A stretch of 64,000 nt of DNA, from contig CAYYQK010000001.1 in the NCBI GenBank assembly GCA_964473815.1, positions 179,845-243,844 on the forward strand. Direction: 5' to 3'. Positions 47,267-57,501 of the stretch are shown piece after piece. Position 1 is the stretch's first letter, and each line of letters opens with the position of its first letter. The DNA is from an uncultured Candidatus Saccharibacteria bacterium (GTDB taxonomy: Bacteria; Patescibacteriota; Doudnabacteria; UBA920). The notes beneath the pieces were generated by a model. The model was not told where the DNA came from. It worked only from the letters and a program-made list of their open reading frames with translations, and made no database searches. A program made the position numbers and the translations under genes.

Positions 47267-50005
47267 TTATTTTGCTAAATTTTGTTGATGTTCAGCTGAG
47301 TTAATTAAACCACACTTCTTATATTTCTTGCCACTACCACAATAGCATAAATCATTGCGACCAATATTAGCTGCGCGCGGATCAGCATCTTCAATCGTAG
47401 ATGTTTGCGTATTAGATGTTTCACCACCACCAGCTTCACTTCCGGACAAAACAATATTTGTGGGTGCTGCTTGCTGCTGGGGTTGCTCGTGGGTGTGTAC
47501 TTTGAGAACCGAGAAAATTACCTGACGGTCAATTTCATCAAGTAAACGTTGAAACAGTTGGTAACCTTCCTTTTTGTATTCAACTAATGGATCGCGTTGA
47601 CCATAACCACGCAAGCGCACACTATCGCGCAAGTGGTCCATAGTATCCAAATGCTCCATCCACAAGTTGTCGATAGATTGCAGCATTAAGAAGCGCATGA
47701 TCTGCTCATAATTTTCTTTGCCGATCTCTGCTTCTTTTTCTTCTAAAGCTTTTTCCGCAGCTTGTTTTAAACCATCTACTAGCACAAATTCACGATCAGC
47801 AGCATTGTTCATAGCTTCAGCTATGGTGGCGCGTCCAGTATCTGCAATTGGGAAAATTGTATTTACATTTTCGTAAATGCGTTCCAGTTTCTCAGCTTCG
47901 CTACCTTCACCAGAAAAATTACTTTCAACTATATATTCAATCTCATCGTGGATCATTTCCAAAACTTCTGCACGAATATCGTGAAGATTTTCTAAACCTT
48001 CAGGCTGACCAGATAAATACTGACGACGGCGTTTGTAAACTACACCACGCTGGCTATTCAATACGTCATCGTATTCCAATACGTTTTTACGAGTGTCAAA
48101 GTTCAATCCTTCAATTTTCTTTTGAGCACTTTCGATAGAACGAGATACTAACTTCGCTTCGATTGGTTGATCATCGGGTATGCGCAAAGTAGTCATCATG
48201 TTTTGCATGCGTTCCCCACCGAATAAGCGCATCAAGTCATCTTCCATGGAAACATAGAATTGTGATGAGCCCGGGTCGCCTTGACGACCGCTACGTCCGC
48301 GCAGCTGATTATCGATACGGCGAGACTCATGGCGTTCCGTACCAATTACGGCCAAACCACCAGCTTGGCGCACTAATTCCGCTTCTTCCTTATCGACTGG
48401 ATTTCCACCCAGTAAAATGTCCACACCACGGCCAGCAATGTTTGTAGCGAGCGTAATGGCCCCTGGACGTCCTGCTTGTGCAATGATTTGCGCTTCACGT
48501 TCGTGGTTTTTAGCGTTCAATAGTTCAAACCTCAAGCCTTCACGCTTTAAGTGTTCTGCCAAAATTTCGTTCTTGGCTATACTAACCGTACCAATTAGAA
48601 CTGGTTGGCCGTTTTTGTGACGCTCTTTAACATCTTTTGCAATTGCGGCAAATTTGCCATTTTCATTCTTGTAAATTAAGTCAGACTTGTCCTCACGAAT
48701 CATTTCTTTGTTAGTCGGTACTTGCACAACTTCAAGTTTGTAAATTTTGAAGAATTCTTCTTCTTCTGTTTTGGCAGTACCGGTCATCCCAGAAAGCTTG
48801 GCATACAAACGGAACAAGTTCTGGAAAGTGATTGTTGCCAAAGTTTTGCTTTCCTGTTGAATCTTTACGTTTTCTTTTGCTTCGATTGCTTGGTGCAAAC
48901 CTTCACTGTAACGACGACCAAACATTAAACGACCCGTGAATTCATCCACAATAACAATTTCACCGTCGCGAATAACGTAATCACGGTCTTTTAAGAATAA
49001 TGTTTTAGCACGCAATGCTTGTTCAATATGATGCAAAGTCGTAACACCTTTTGAAGTGTCATAAATGTTATCGACTTTTAAAATCTTTTCAATTCTATTG
49101 ATACCATCGTCAGTTAAGCTTGCAGCTTTGTGCTTTTCATCTACTGTATAGTCAACTTCATCTTGAAGCTGCGAAACCATTTTAGAGAACTGCACATATT
49201 TGTCGGTTGGATCTGTATCAGGTTGAGAAATAATTAAAGGGGTGCGAGCTTCGTCAATTAAGATACTGTCGACTTCGTCTACAATTGCAAAGAACAAATC
49301 GCGCTGGCGAAGTTGCTGCACTTGTTGAACCATGTTGTCGCGCAAATAGTCGAAACCAAATTCATTGTTTGTTCCATAAGTAATGTCTGCGTTGTAGGCT
49401 TCTGGGCGAGAAACTGGTCGCATGTGCTTAACATCTAAAACAAGTCCTTGAGTTTCACCTTCGATAGCTTCGATTTCCTCTTGTTCTGGTTGGTAGGATG
49501 AATCAAACAAAAAAGATGCTTCGTGCTGAATACTTGCTACCGACAAACCTAAAAAGTGGAACAAGCGACCCATATCGCTAGCTTGCCAACGCGCCAAGTA
49601 ATCGTTAACTGTGACTAAATGTGCCCCGCGTCCGGCCAACGCAAAAAGCACCAACGGCAAAGTCGCTGTAAGTGTTTTACCTTCACCAGTTTTCATTTCC
49701 GCAATGCGGCCTTCAGCTAGGGCAATACCACCAGCGAGCTGTACATCGTAATGGAACTGGCCGCGACTGCGTTTAGAAGCTTCGCGGGTTAGAGCAAAAA
49801 CGCGCGGGCGAATTTCTGCCAGCTTAACAAAAACTTTTGCTTGGTCGTTAATGCTAGCTAAATCTTCTTTGAACTTAGCGATCTCAGCACGGATTTCATC
49901 ATCCGACAAAGCATTGATTTCTTCTTTGTAGCTATTAATTTTAGCGATTTCTGAGCTGTATTTGCCCAGAGAGTCGCTGGAAAAAAATCTTGAAAATATG
50001 GACAT
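47267..50005 (-). CDS. secA: Preprotein translocase ATPase SecA
   Basis: 912 aa. DEAD-like motor motifs (MKTGEGKTLTATLP; DEVDSILIDEARTPLIIS) and C-terminal zinc finger CYCGSGKKYKKC. Confidence 0.95.
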   Translation of the reverse strand: MSIFSRFFSSDSLGKYSSEIAKINSYKEEINALSDDEIRAEIAKFKEDLASINDQAKVFVKLAEIRPRVFALTREASKRSRGQFHYDVQLAGGIALAEGRIAEMKTGEGKTLTATLPLVLFALAGRGAHLVTVNDYLARWQASDMGRLFHFLGLSVASIQHEASFLFDSSYQPEQEEIEAIEGETQGLVLDVKHMRPVSRPEAYNADITYGTNNEFGFDYLRDNMVQQVQQLRQRDLFFAIVDEVDSILIDEARTPLIISQPDTDPTDKYVQFSKMVSQLQDEVDYTVDEKHKAASLTDDGINRIEKILKVDNIYDTSKGVTTLHHIEQALRAKTLFLKDRDYVIRDGEIVIVDEFTGRLMFGRRYSEGLHQAIEAKENVKIQQESKTLATITFQNLFRLYAKLSGMTGTAKTEEEEFFKIYKLEVVQVPTNKEMIREDKSDLIYKNENGKFAAIAKDVKERHKNGQPVLIGTVSIAKNEILAEHLKREGLRFELLNAKNHEREAQIIAQAGRPGAITLATNIAGRGVDILLGGNPVDKEEAELVRQAGGLAVIGTERHESRRIDNQLRGRSGRQGDPGSSQFYVSMEDDLMRLFGGERMQNMMTTLRIPDDQPIEAKLVSRSIESAQKKIEGLNFDTRKNVLEYDDVLNSQRGVVYKRRRQYLSGQPEGLENLHDIRAEVLEMIHDEIEYIVESNFSGEGSEAEKLERIYENVNTIFPIADTGRATIAEAMNNAADREFVLVDGLKQAAEKALEEKEAEIGKENYEQIMRFLMLQSIDNLWMEHLDTMDHLRDSVRLRGYGQRDPLVEYKKEGYQLFQRLLDEIDRQVIFSVLKVHTHEQPQQQAAPTNIVLSGSEAGGGETSNTQTSTIEDADPRAANIGRNDLCYCGSGKKYKKCGLINSAEHQQNLAK

Positions 50006-50042
50006 CTATAAATTTGCTTAAAAATACCTCGATAATAGTAAG

Positions 50043-50067
50043 AAAATCCCTGCAAATCGCAAGGATT
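50043..50067 (-). terminator. Hairpin terminator downstream of hpf
   Basis: AAATCCCTGC-AAATC-GCAAGGATTT. Confidence 0.4.
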
Positions 50068-50104
50068 TCACTGTATTATAGCATTTTTGCCAAAATTTGC
50101 CTAT

Positions 50105-50422
50105 CTACATTTCATCAGAATGGCGGCGCTCTGAAATGCGTTTATCTTTTTCTTTGGTGAGCTGTTGCTTAATTTTCGGAATAACTAAATCTAAAGCTTC
50201 GTAAAAATCATTACCATTGGCTTCTGCGTAATGTCCGTGCGGGGTTATGTGAATTTCAACTCGGCTAAACAATCCCGAATTGTGATGTGTTTCTTCTGCG
50301 ACCTCTACCTGAATTTTTTCTTCTGGTCTGAGGAAACTTTCAAGTGGGGTTAATTTATCCTCAATGTTCTGCTTGATGGCGTCGGTTAGCGTTGTATTCG
50401 TAGCTTTGATTGTAATATGCAT
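50105..50422 (-). CDS. hpf: Ribosome hibernation promoting factor / RaiA family (short form)
   Basis: 105 aa. MHITIKATNTTLTDAIKQNIEDKL ... VEIHIT ... AEANGNDFYEALDLV matches the S30AE/YfiA fold. Confidence 0.8.
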   Translation of the reverse strand: MHITIKATNTTLTDAIKQNIEDKLTPLESFLRPEEKIQVEVAEETHHNSGLFSRVEIHITPHGHYAEANGNDFYEALDLVIPKIKQQLTKEKDKRISERRHSDEM

Positions 50423-50450
50423 TTTATTTCTCCTTTGTTTAATTATATCA

Positions 50451-51875
50451 TTAGCTGATAAGTTCTTTTGCTAGTAGATTAAAACTACCTACTGCCATAA
50501 CAATTACCACATCTTGTGGTTGAAGTTCCATCTGCAATACACTATGTGCTTCTTGCTTATTGGCAACCAACCGAACATGTTTGTGATGCTTGCTAATTTC
50601 TTCCACCACTTGTTTGCCGGTAATGCTTTGTTCTGTCTTTGTTTCGCGAGCAGGATAAATTTCTGCGATTAACACTTCGTCAGCAGGTTCGAATGCTGTA
50701 GCAAGTTCATGGAATGTAGCCTCGGTGCGACTAAAGGTATGTGGTTCAAAGACTGCCCAAATTTTCGAATTAGGAAATTTAAGTCGTGCTGCACGTAAAG
50801 TTTCTTTAACTGCAGTTGGATGATGGGCGTAATCATCAAAAACTTTTACGCCGTTCTTTTCGCCAATAAATTCAAAGCGACGCTTGACTCCAAAGTAATT
50901 AGACAAACCATTTTGCACATCTTCTTGCGAAAAACCCAAAGTGCGAAGAAGGGCTATAACCCCGAGGGAATTGTAAACATTAATTTCGCCGAACAGGTTA
51001 ATTGAATATTTCTCTTCTCGTGCTTCGGTTTCTTCTTTAGTATTTCGATTCTTGCGCCACTCAACAGTAAACTCGGTCCCCTGTTCTGTTGATGAAATAT
51101 TAGTTGCTAAGAAGTCAGCGCTGTGTTTCAATCCAAACGAAACTTGTCCAAAACTATTTTCATGCATTAACTGAGCTAATGCAATGCTGTCAGCGTTGTA
51201 AACAATTAAACCGTCATCGGGTAAATTAGAAATTAGTTCACGGAATTCGGTTTGCATTTCTTCTAAAGATGCAAAGATGTCCGGGTGGTCGAATTCCAGG
51301 TTATTTAACAGCAAAATATCAGCTTTGTATTCATGAAACTTTGGTGTGGGATTGTCGAATAAGGCTTTGTACTCGTCCCCTTCAAAAACAAAGTAATGAC
51401 CATCGCCAACATGAAAATTTGCATTTTCTTTTTGCAAAACAGCGCCAGTCATAAACGAGCTATCGTCGATGTGCTGCAAACTAACACCAAGCAATCCCGC
51501 AGTGGTTGATTTTCCATGCGTGCCCGCTACCACGATGCGAAGCTTGTCATTGGCAATGGCACCGAGCAGCTCGCTTAAAGAATGTATTTCAATATTTTGT
51601 TCTTGCAACCAGGCAACTTCGGGATTCTTTAAATCTTCACCAGCAGAGGCAATGTATAAGTCTGCGCCAGCAGCCTTAACATTTTCAGCACTGTAGCCAA
51701 CAGTATACTTAATATCGTTCTCATCTAAAACAGATTTAGCAGGATCATAAATTGCCTGACTGTCGCTACCGGACACTTCAAAACCACTTTGTGCAGCAAT
51801 TCCAGCTGCCGCTGACATTCCTACGCCTCCGATACCAATAAAATAAATTGAGTGAATATCTTCTAAATTAAGCAT
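50451..51875 (-). CDS. murC: UDP-N-acetylmuramate--L-alanine ligase
   Basis: 474 aa. N-terminal IYFIGIGGVGMSAAAGIAAQSG (MurC Rossmann signature) and Mur-ligase P-loop VAGTHGKSTT. Confidence 0.8.
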   Translation of the reverse strand: MLNLEDIHSIYFIGIGGVGMSAAAGIAAQSGFEVSGSDSQAIYDPAKSVLDENDIKYTVGYSAENVKAAGADLYIASAGEDLKNPEVAWLQEQNIEIHSLSELLGAIANDKLRIVVAGTHGKSTTAGLLGVSLQHIDDSSFMTGAVLQKENANFHVGDGHYFVFEGDEYKALFDNPTPKFHEYKADILLLNNLEFDHPDIFASLEEMQTEFRELISNLPDDGLIVYNADSIALAQLMHENSFGQVSFGLKHSADFLATNISSTEQGTEFTVEWRKNRNTKEETEAREEKYSINLFGEINVYNSLGVIALLRTLGFSQEDVQNGLSNYFGVKRRFEFIGEKNGVKVFDDYAHHPTAVKETLRAARLKFPNSKIWAVFEPHTFSRTEATFHELATAFEPADEVLIAEIYPARETKTEQSITGKQVVEEISKHHKHVRLVANKQEAHSVLQMELQPQDVVIVMAVGSFNLLAKELIS

Positions 51876-52896
51876 TTGAAATTTTAGTTAATAAATGTTC
51901 AACCTTAGAGTGCGCGTGTTCAAGTTCTTTTTCTTTATCAGCTAACAATTGCCAAAGTTGTGGCAAATATTGTTTTGCTGTTTCGCGGCCGCTCTGATAA
52001 TAAATTTGGGTTTTACTAAAATCTGTAAAATGCAAAAATAAATATCTTTTCCAAAATGTCATATGTGAAGTATCGGGTGCAATAACTAGATCACAGTTAA
52101 AATTGCTATTGTTATATTCTTCGTCTCGCTTCTGGGCCTTCATTGCCAGGTCAATCGAACGATCAAGAACAGAATAAATTCTTGGGTTTATATTTTGATC
52201 GTGGGTATTTAAATCAGGATATTCAAGTAAATTAGAAAGTTTTACCCAGAGCGAGTTAATCGGTTTTGGCCATAACACTTGCTTAAAAATATCAACAATC
52301 TTTTTTAAACTTATTTGCCAACGACTAAAAATGTGGCGAGTCGCGCGCATATCAATCCCAATTACCAAATCACAATTGGCATCACGTGCTACATTGCCCG
52401 GTACAATGTTTACGATCCCCCCGTCAACCAATTGACGATTACCCCATTCCATTGGTTCAAATACACCCGGTAAAGTACATGACGCACAAATAGCATGAGC
52501 GATATCTCCAATTTGCAAAACAACCTCTTCACCGCTATTTAAGTCGGTAGTTACAAATCCAAGCTTGGGCTGCACATCTTCAAATTTTTTATTCTTTGTA
52601 TAAACACGCAATTCAGACTCAATTTTGGACAAACTATATAACCCACCACGCCCCTTGCTTCGTTCAATTAAATTGAACAAAAATTCTTTGTTCATTCGCA
52701 AAGCAACTTTTTTAAACTCCGCTAATGTACCGCTAGCAAAACTTGCTGCAACGATTGCTCCGCCTGACATCGCAGAAATATAGTCGACTGGGTAACCATT
52801 TTCGGCAAGTACTTCCAAAAGCCCTATGTAAAACATAGAGCGTGACGAAGCGCCGCTAAACGCAAAGCCAACTTTAGGTTTAATATTTGAATTCAT
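51868..52896 (-). CDS. Patatin-like phospholipase
   Basis: 342 aa. FSGASSRS (GGxR/K oxyanion motif), AMSGG (GxSxG nucleophile) and a DGG catalytic Asp region. Overlaps the murC start by 8 nt and begins 1 nt after the murG stop. Confidence 0.75.
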   Translation of the reverse strand: MNSNIKPKVGFAFSGASSRSMFYIGLLEVLAENGYPVDYISAMSGGAIVAASFASGTLAEFKKVALRMNKEFLFNLIERSKGRGGLYSLSKIESELRVYTKNKKFEDVQPKLGFVTTDLNSGEEVVLQIGDIAHAICASCTLPGVFEPMEWGNRQLVDGGIVNIVPGNVARDANCDLVIGIDMRATRHIFSRWQISLKKIVDIFKQVLWPKPINSLWVKLSNLLEYPDLNTHDQNINPRIYSVLDRSIDLAMKAQKRDEEYNNSNFNCDLVIAPDTSHMTFWKRYLFLHFTDFSKTQIYYQSGRETAKQYLPQLWQLLADKEKELEHAHSKVEHLLTKISNA

Positions 52897-52897
52897 T

Positions 52898-54070
52898 TTA
52901 AGATTTACTTTCTATCAAATCGGTAATAACTTTTAACATTCTGCCCGACCCTTCACCAGGAATAATTTTTCTGATATTATCCTGCATTTTTTTCTGCAGC
53001 TTTGCATCCAAGAAAATTTTCTGGACAACCCGGCCCAATGAGCCTGGCTCTATATCTTCCTGATCTAAAACGATTGCTGCATCATTTTCATACAAAAACT
53101 GGGCATTTTCTTCTTGATGACTCCGTGGCATCGGCACTATGATACTGGTTTTGCTCAAAGTTGCCAAGTCCACAATAGTCCCAATGCCGGCTCGAGAAAT
53201 TACTAAATCAGCTGCAGCATATGCTAAGTCACGGCGATCTATGAATTCGTATTGATGATATCGTTCGTGAATTTCCGGCTCATCATGTGGCAATTCAACC
53301 ATCTTGCCTTTGCCGGTGCCATGGATAATTTGTGCCACTTCGAGCAAGTCAGAAATATTTTCAGATATAACTTTATTCAATCCTGTAGCTCCGGAACCAC
53401 CACCTAAAACAAAAATTGTTGGCCACTTCGGATTCAAATTAAAGATCTTAGCGGCCTCTTGTTTAGTTTTTGAACTCAAAGCAGTTTTTTCGTCTAAATC
53501 GCAAGGGCTGCCAGTCCAAAATATTTTGGTATGACTGTAATCTTTTTCAAAGCCGGTACCTTGAGAAAAATCACGAATAGATTTTTCGAAAGTAACTGTA
53601 ATCCTATCGGCTATTGGGGCCGTCAGACGATTAGAAAAAGTTGGCACAATATCTAACTGATGAATTACTCGAGGGATACGTAAAATCCAGGCTGCGATCA
53701 TTACCGGTACCTGAACATATCCACCAGCGCCAATAACGACAATTGGACGCAATCGCATAAGTAAAAATAATGATTGAAATATGCCAATTAAAATTAATAA
53801 CGGGCTTAATATATTTTTTATAGATACATAGCGACGTAATTTACCAGCAGTAATTTTTTTGAATTCAAAATTTTGCTTCGGCACTATATGCGCGGCCACA
53901 GAAGTTTTGCGATCTAAAAATATTGGGCAAATATTAGGATTTAGTGATTGCCAATATTTAGCCAAACTCAATAACGGGATTACTGGTCCCGCTGTTTCCC
54001 CTCCTGCAAAGATCACGTATTGTTTTTTTGTAGTTGGTTTTTGTTTAGGCATTTTCTTCCTCTGGCTCAA
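52898..54070 (-). CDS. murG: Lipid II synthase MurG (GT28)
   Basis: 390 aa. YVIFAGGETAGPVIPLLSLA N-terminal G-loop and GGSGATGLN C-terminal motif. The start may be the downstream Met (MPKQKP) at 54052. Confidence 0.8.
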   Translation of the reverse strand: MSQRKKMPKQKPTTKKQYVIFAGGETAGPVIPLLSLAKYWQSLNPNICPIFLDRKTSVAAHIVPKQNFEFKKITAGKLRRYVSIKNILSPLLILIGIFQSLFLLMRLRPIVVIGAGGYVQVPVMIAAWILRIPRVIHQLDIVPTFSNRLTAPIADRITVTFEKSIRDFSQGTGFEKDYSHTKIFWTGSPCDLDEKTALSSKTKQEAAKIFNLNPKWPTIFVLGGGSGATGLNKVISENISDLLEVAQIIHGTGKGKMVELPHDEPEIHERYHQYEFIDRRDLAYAAADLVISRAGIGTIVDLATLSKTSIIVPMPRSHQEENAQFLYENDAAIVLDQEDIEPGSLGRVVQKIFLDAKLQKKMQDNIRKIIPGEGSGRMLKVITDLIESKS

Positions 54071-55217
54071 ATACCGGTTTAATGTGGTATTTGTATAACA
54101 GATGATAAACTTCTAAAGTTTTTTTCGCGGTTTCATTCCAGGTAAACTTTTCAGCACGAGCTAGGCTCTTTTCTTGCATCTGCGCATGAAATTGCGTGTC
54201 CTTGGCGATCAATTCCATGTGTTCTGCAATATCTTCCGGATTTAATGGGTCAAAGTAAATTGCGCCATTGTCATAGACTTCATTAAAAACCGGCGTATTT
54301 GAGGCTAAAACTGGCAAACCATATTGCATTGCCTCCAGTCCTGGCAATCCAAATCCTTCGTGCAGTGAAGCTGTAATAAATGCGTACGCCCCTTGGTACA
54401 ATGCTGCTTGATCGGTTTCTTCCACGAAACCAGTGAAGACTAACCGATTGTGGTGCGAAATATCCATGGCCTGGTCTTTGACTTCCGGATAATGGCGATC
54501 GACTTTACCGGCAATGACCAAATCCATATCGAACTTATGTTTGTTCAAGAAAATATCAAACGCCTTTGTGAGGGTCGTAATATTTTTCTTTCGTTCTAAT
54601 GTGCCGACGAATAAAAAGTATGGTCGTGAGAGTAAAAATTTCTGTTTAACTTTCGAGACATCGACATTGTTTTTCAAAACTTCAGTCGGTGCTTCGTATG
54701 TTACGACAATTTTGTCTTCATCTATATTTAAATATTTGATAATTTCTTGTTTTGCAACCTCACTCACAGTCAGAATCACTTCTGAGTTTTGCGCCGCCTT
54801 CTCTATAATATATTTATATGCATAAAATTTCCACAAACGAGATTTGTTTTGACCGCTGATTTTATGATGGATCGTATCATGAATAGTGACCACGAAAGGC
54901 TTCCGATACCAAACCGGTACATTGAAGTTTGGAAAGTGCATTAAATCCAAATTATACTGATTCAAAATTCTTGGCAGTCGAATTTGTTCTGCAAATGAAT
55001 AATGACCAATATTAGTTTTCACCAATTCTGCACCAAGCTCTTGTAAAACTTTTAAATCTTCTGGGTTATGGTTTTTGTCATGATAAAAAACCACAAAGTC
55101 ATCATTAGTGTTACTATTTTTATTTTCGAGCAACATCGCTTTAAGCAACTCGAAGCTGTACCGGCCAATGCCCGAATTGATACTTCCACCCATTCGAAAA
55201 TCAAAACCTATTTTCAT
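54045..55217 (-). CDS. GT4-family glycosyltransferase
   Basis: 390 aa with C-terminal EGFGLPGLEAM (EX7E-like) GT-B motif. Confidence 0.8.
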   Translation of the reverse strand: MKIGFDFRMGGSINSGIGRYSFELLKAMLLENKNSNTNDDFVVFYHDKNHNPEDLKVLQELGAELVKTNIGHYSFAEQIRLPRILNQYNLDLMHFPNFNVPVWYRKPFVVTIHDTIHHKISGQNKSRLWKFYAYKYIIEKAAQNSEVILTVSEVAKQEIIKYLNIDEDKIVVTYEAPTEVLKNNVDVSKVKQKFLLSRPYFLFVGTLERKKNITTLTKAFDIFLNKHKFDMDLVIAGKVDRHYPEVKDQAMDISHHNRLVFTGFVEETDQAALYQGAYAFITASLHEGFGLPGLEAMQYGLPVLASNTPVFNEVYDNGAIYFDPLNPEDIAEHMELIAKDTQFHAQMQEKSLARAEKFTWNETAKKTLEVYHLLYKYHIKPVFEPEEENA

Positions 55218-55220
55218 AAC

Positions 55221-56378
55221 TTAAGTTAAAGCTGTTTGGACTAATTCTGCGCATCGCTGCCAAGTGAATTGTTTACTGCGTTCAATGCCTTTGCTAATAA
55301 AATCATCGCGTAGTGCCTGGTCATCATTTAGCTTGTGAATACCGTCGGCTATATCATCAACATTGTAAGGATTAACCAGCAGAGCAGCATTACCAGCCAC
55401 CTCAGGTAAGCTAGTCACATTAGAGGTCAAAACTGGAGTGCCCACAGCCATTGCTTCTAATACTGGCAATCCAAAGCCTTCGTATAAACTTGGCCAGACA
55501 AAAACCCGGGCCAATTTCATTATATAAGGCTTATCAGCTTCTGGCACATAGCCTAGAACGTGAATGTATCGGCGTTTAGGGCTATTGTCGATCTGCTGCA
55601 GGATATTATCGTATTTCCAGCCCAATTTGCCTGCGATTACTAAATGGAGAGGTTCTTTGAGCTTTTCAAAAGCAGCTAAAATATTCTGGATATTTTTCCG
55701 CGGTTCAACTGTCCCTAGGTATAATACGTAATCACCAGGCAGATTGTAACGGTTGCGGACATTGCGTAGCCGGTCGACATTTAAATCTTGATGATAATTT
55801 TCCTGGTCAACTCCGAGTGGTGCGACAATAATTTTCTTTTCCGGAATGTTTAGCTTTTCTATTAGGGACAATTTTGTAAATTCGGATACAGCAACAATTT
55901 TATGAGCCCGTTTTAGCAATTTTGGAATGTTAATGAACCAGTGCCAAATGCGCTGTTTGAGATTATAAAATTCTGGGAATACTAACGGGGAAAGGTCGTG
56001 AGCTGTTAATACAACTTTGGTTTTTGGTTCAACTGAAAGCATGGTCCAGTTTGGCATAAAAAAGATATCACTTTCCCCTGCTAGCTTCTCCAGTTTTGGC
56101 CACTTCAAAAACTTCAATGCAATATTGAGCAAACGGTTTGGAAAACGGGTTTGTTTATACTCAGCGTTAACAAAATGAAAGTACTCAAACTTCTTAGGTG
56201 TATAGGCATTATAAAAAAGTTTATAATTATTGAGTTTGTCGAGTGAAAGTAATTGCTCAAGAACATTCACAGTGTAACTTTCAACACCACTAAACTCAGT
56301 TGTATGCAAACTTCGTAGGTCCACTGTAATCTGTTTTGGTGCAAGCGTAGTATGATGTTTTACTTCTATGTTATTCAT
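55221..56378 (-). CDS. GT4-family glycosyltransferase
   Basis: 385 aa with [17 protein letters not shown] motif. Confidence 0.8.
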   Translation of the reverse strand: MNNIEVKHHTTLAPKQITVDLRSLHTTEFSGVESYTVNVLEQLLSLDKLNNYKLFYNAYTPKKFEYFHFVNAEYKQTRFPNRLLNIALKFLKWPKLEKLAGESDIFFMPNWTMLSVEPKTKVVLTAHDLSPLVFPEFYNLKQRIWHWFINIPKLLKRAHKIVAVSEFTKLSLIEKLNIPEKKIIVAPLGVDQENYHQDLNVDRLRNVRNRYNLPGDYVLYLGTVEPRKNIQNILAAFEKLKEPLHLVIAGKLGWKYDNILQQIDNSPKRRYIHVLGYVPEADKPYIMKLARVFVWPSLYEGFGLPVLEAMAVGTPVLTSNVTSLPEVAGNAALLVNPYNVDDIADGIHKLNDDQALRDDFISKGIERSKQFTWQRCAELVQTALT

Positions 56379-57501
56379 GGCTTTGCATATAATTGCTGAT
56401 AGTAGCTGAAATCTTATCTTTGAATGCAGGTTTGCTGAATTGTTGGGCGTGCGCGATTAATTCAGATTGGTTGTATTTTGTGTCTTTCCAATTTTTTAAT
56501 GCTTCGATTAAAGTTTCTACGGTAATGGTTTCCAATAACTCGCCAGTCTTACCGGGTATGATTGTTTCGAGTGAGCCGCCCTTCGCAAGACCTATTGTAG
56601 CAGTCCCACAGAGAGCTGCCTCTAGCGGCATCAAACCGAAATCTTCCAGTTGAGGGTAAATAAAGCCGCGAGCACCACTATATTGCTGACGTAATTCTTC
56701 GTCTGAAACATAACCTAAAAAAGTTACGTTAGATTTAGCCATTGTTTTTAATTCCCTTTCAAATCGACCGGTACCAGCAACATGTAATGGCCAACAAAGT
56801 TCATTGAAAGCCGCGATTACTGTTTCCAATCCTTTTGCATATTGCAATCGCCCTGCTATTAGAAAATAATCTTGCTTGGGTTGCGTTGGTTTCCAAAAAT
56901 CAACATCAACAAACGGGTAAATAACTTCACTGTCGCGGTTGTAAACTTTTTTTAGCCGACGCTGAATCTCTTTTGAGTTAGCAATAAAGAAATCTACTTT
57001 TTTTGCAGCTGCTAAATCCCATTTCCTTTGCCAAGCAAAAAACATCTTTGCTATTGGGCGCAACAAGGACGGAATTTCACGAAGGGCAAACTCGGGATCA
57101 ACCCAAAGGAAACGAGTTGGCGTGTGACAATAATTAATATGCTTAGTACCAGACGGTTTGTACAAACCTTTTATATACGAGGAGCTTGTTGATAAAATCA
57201 ACTTTGGTTTAGCTTTGAATGGATTCCAGAAATTTAAAATTAGCGGAATGATCGCGAAATAATGTGTCAGTTTAGGATAGATGGCATAAAGAGTTTGCAA
57301 CGGACTGGTAATAAATTTCCAGTTCGGAAATTTTTGACGGAATTTTTCATCAACCACTAAAGTCACTACGGGACTGGTTGGGAATATTTTATGCACACCT
57401 TCAAAAAAACGCTCTGCTCCACCGAATTGAGTGAAAGAATCGTGCGCTAAGACAACATCTTCGTCTTTTAGATTAGTAATCATCATTAGGTTTAACCGCA
57501 A
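56371..57501 (-). CDS. GT4-family glycosyltransferase
   Basis: 376 aa with EDFGLMPLEAALCGTATIG motif. Confidence 0.75.
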   Translation of the reverse strand: MRLNLMMITNLKDEDVVLAHDSFTQFGGAERFFEGVHKIFPTSPVVTLVVDEKFRQKFPNWKFITSPLQTLYAIYPKLTHYFAIIPLILNFWNPFKAKPKLILSTSSSYIKGLYKPSGTKHINYCHTPTRFLWVDPEFALREIPSLLRPIAKMFFAWQRKWDLAAAKKVDFFIANSKEIQRRLKKVYNRDSEVIYPFVDVDFWKPTQPKQDYFLIAGRLQYAKGLETVIAAFNELCWPLHVAGTGRFERELKTMAKSNVTFLGYVSDEELRQQYSGARGFIYPQLEDFGLMPLEAALCGTATIGLAKGGSLETIIPGKTGELLETITVETLIEALKNWKDTKYNQSELIAHAQQFSKPAFKDKISATISNYMQSHE

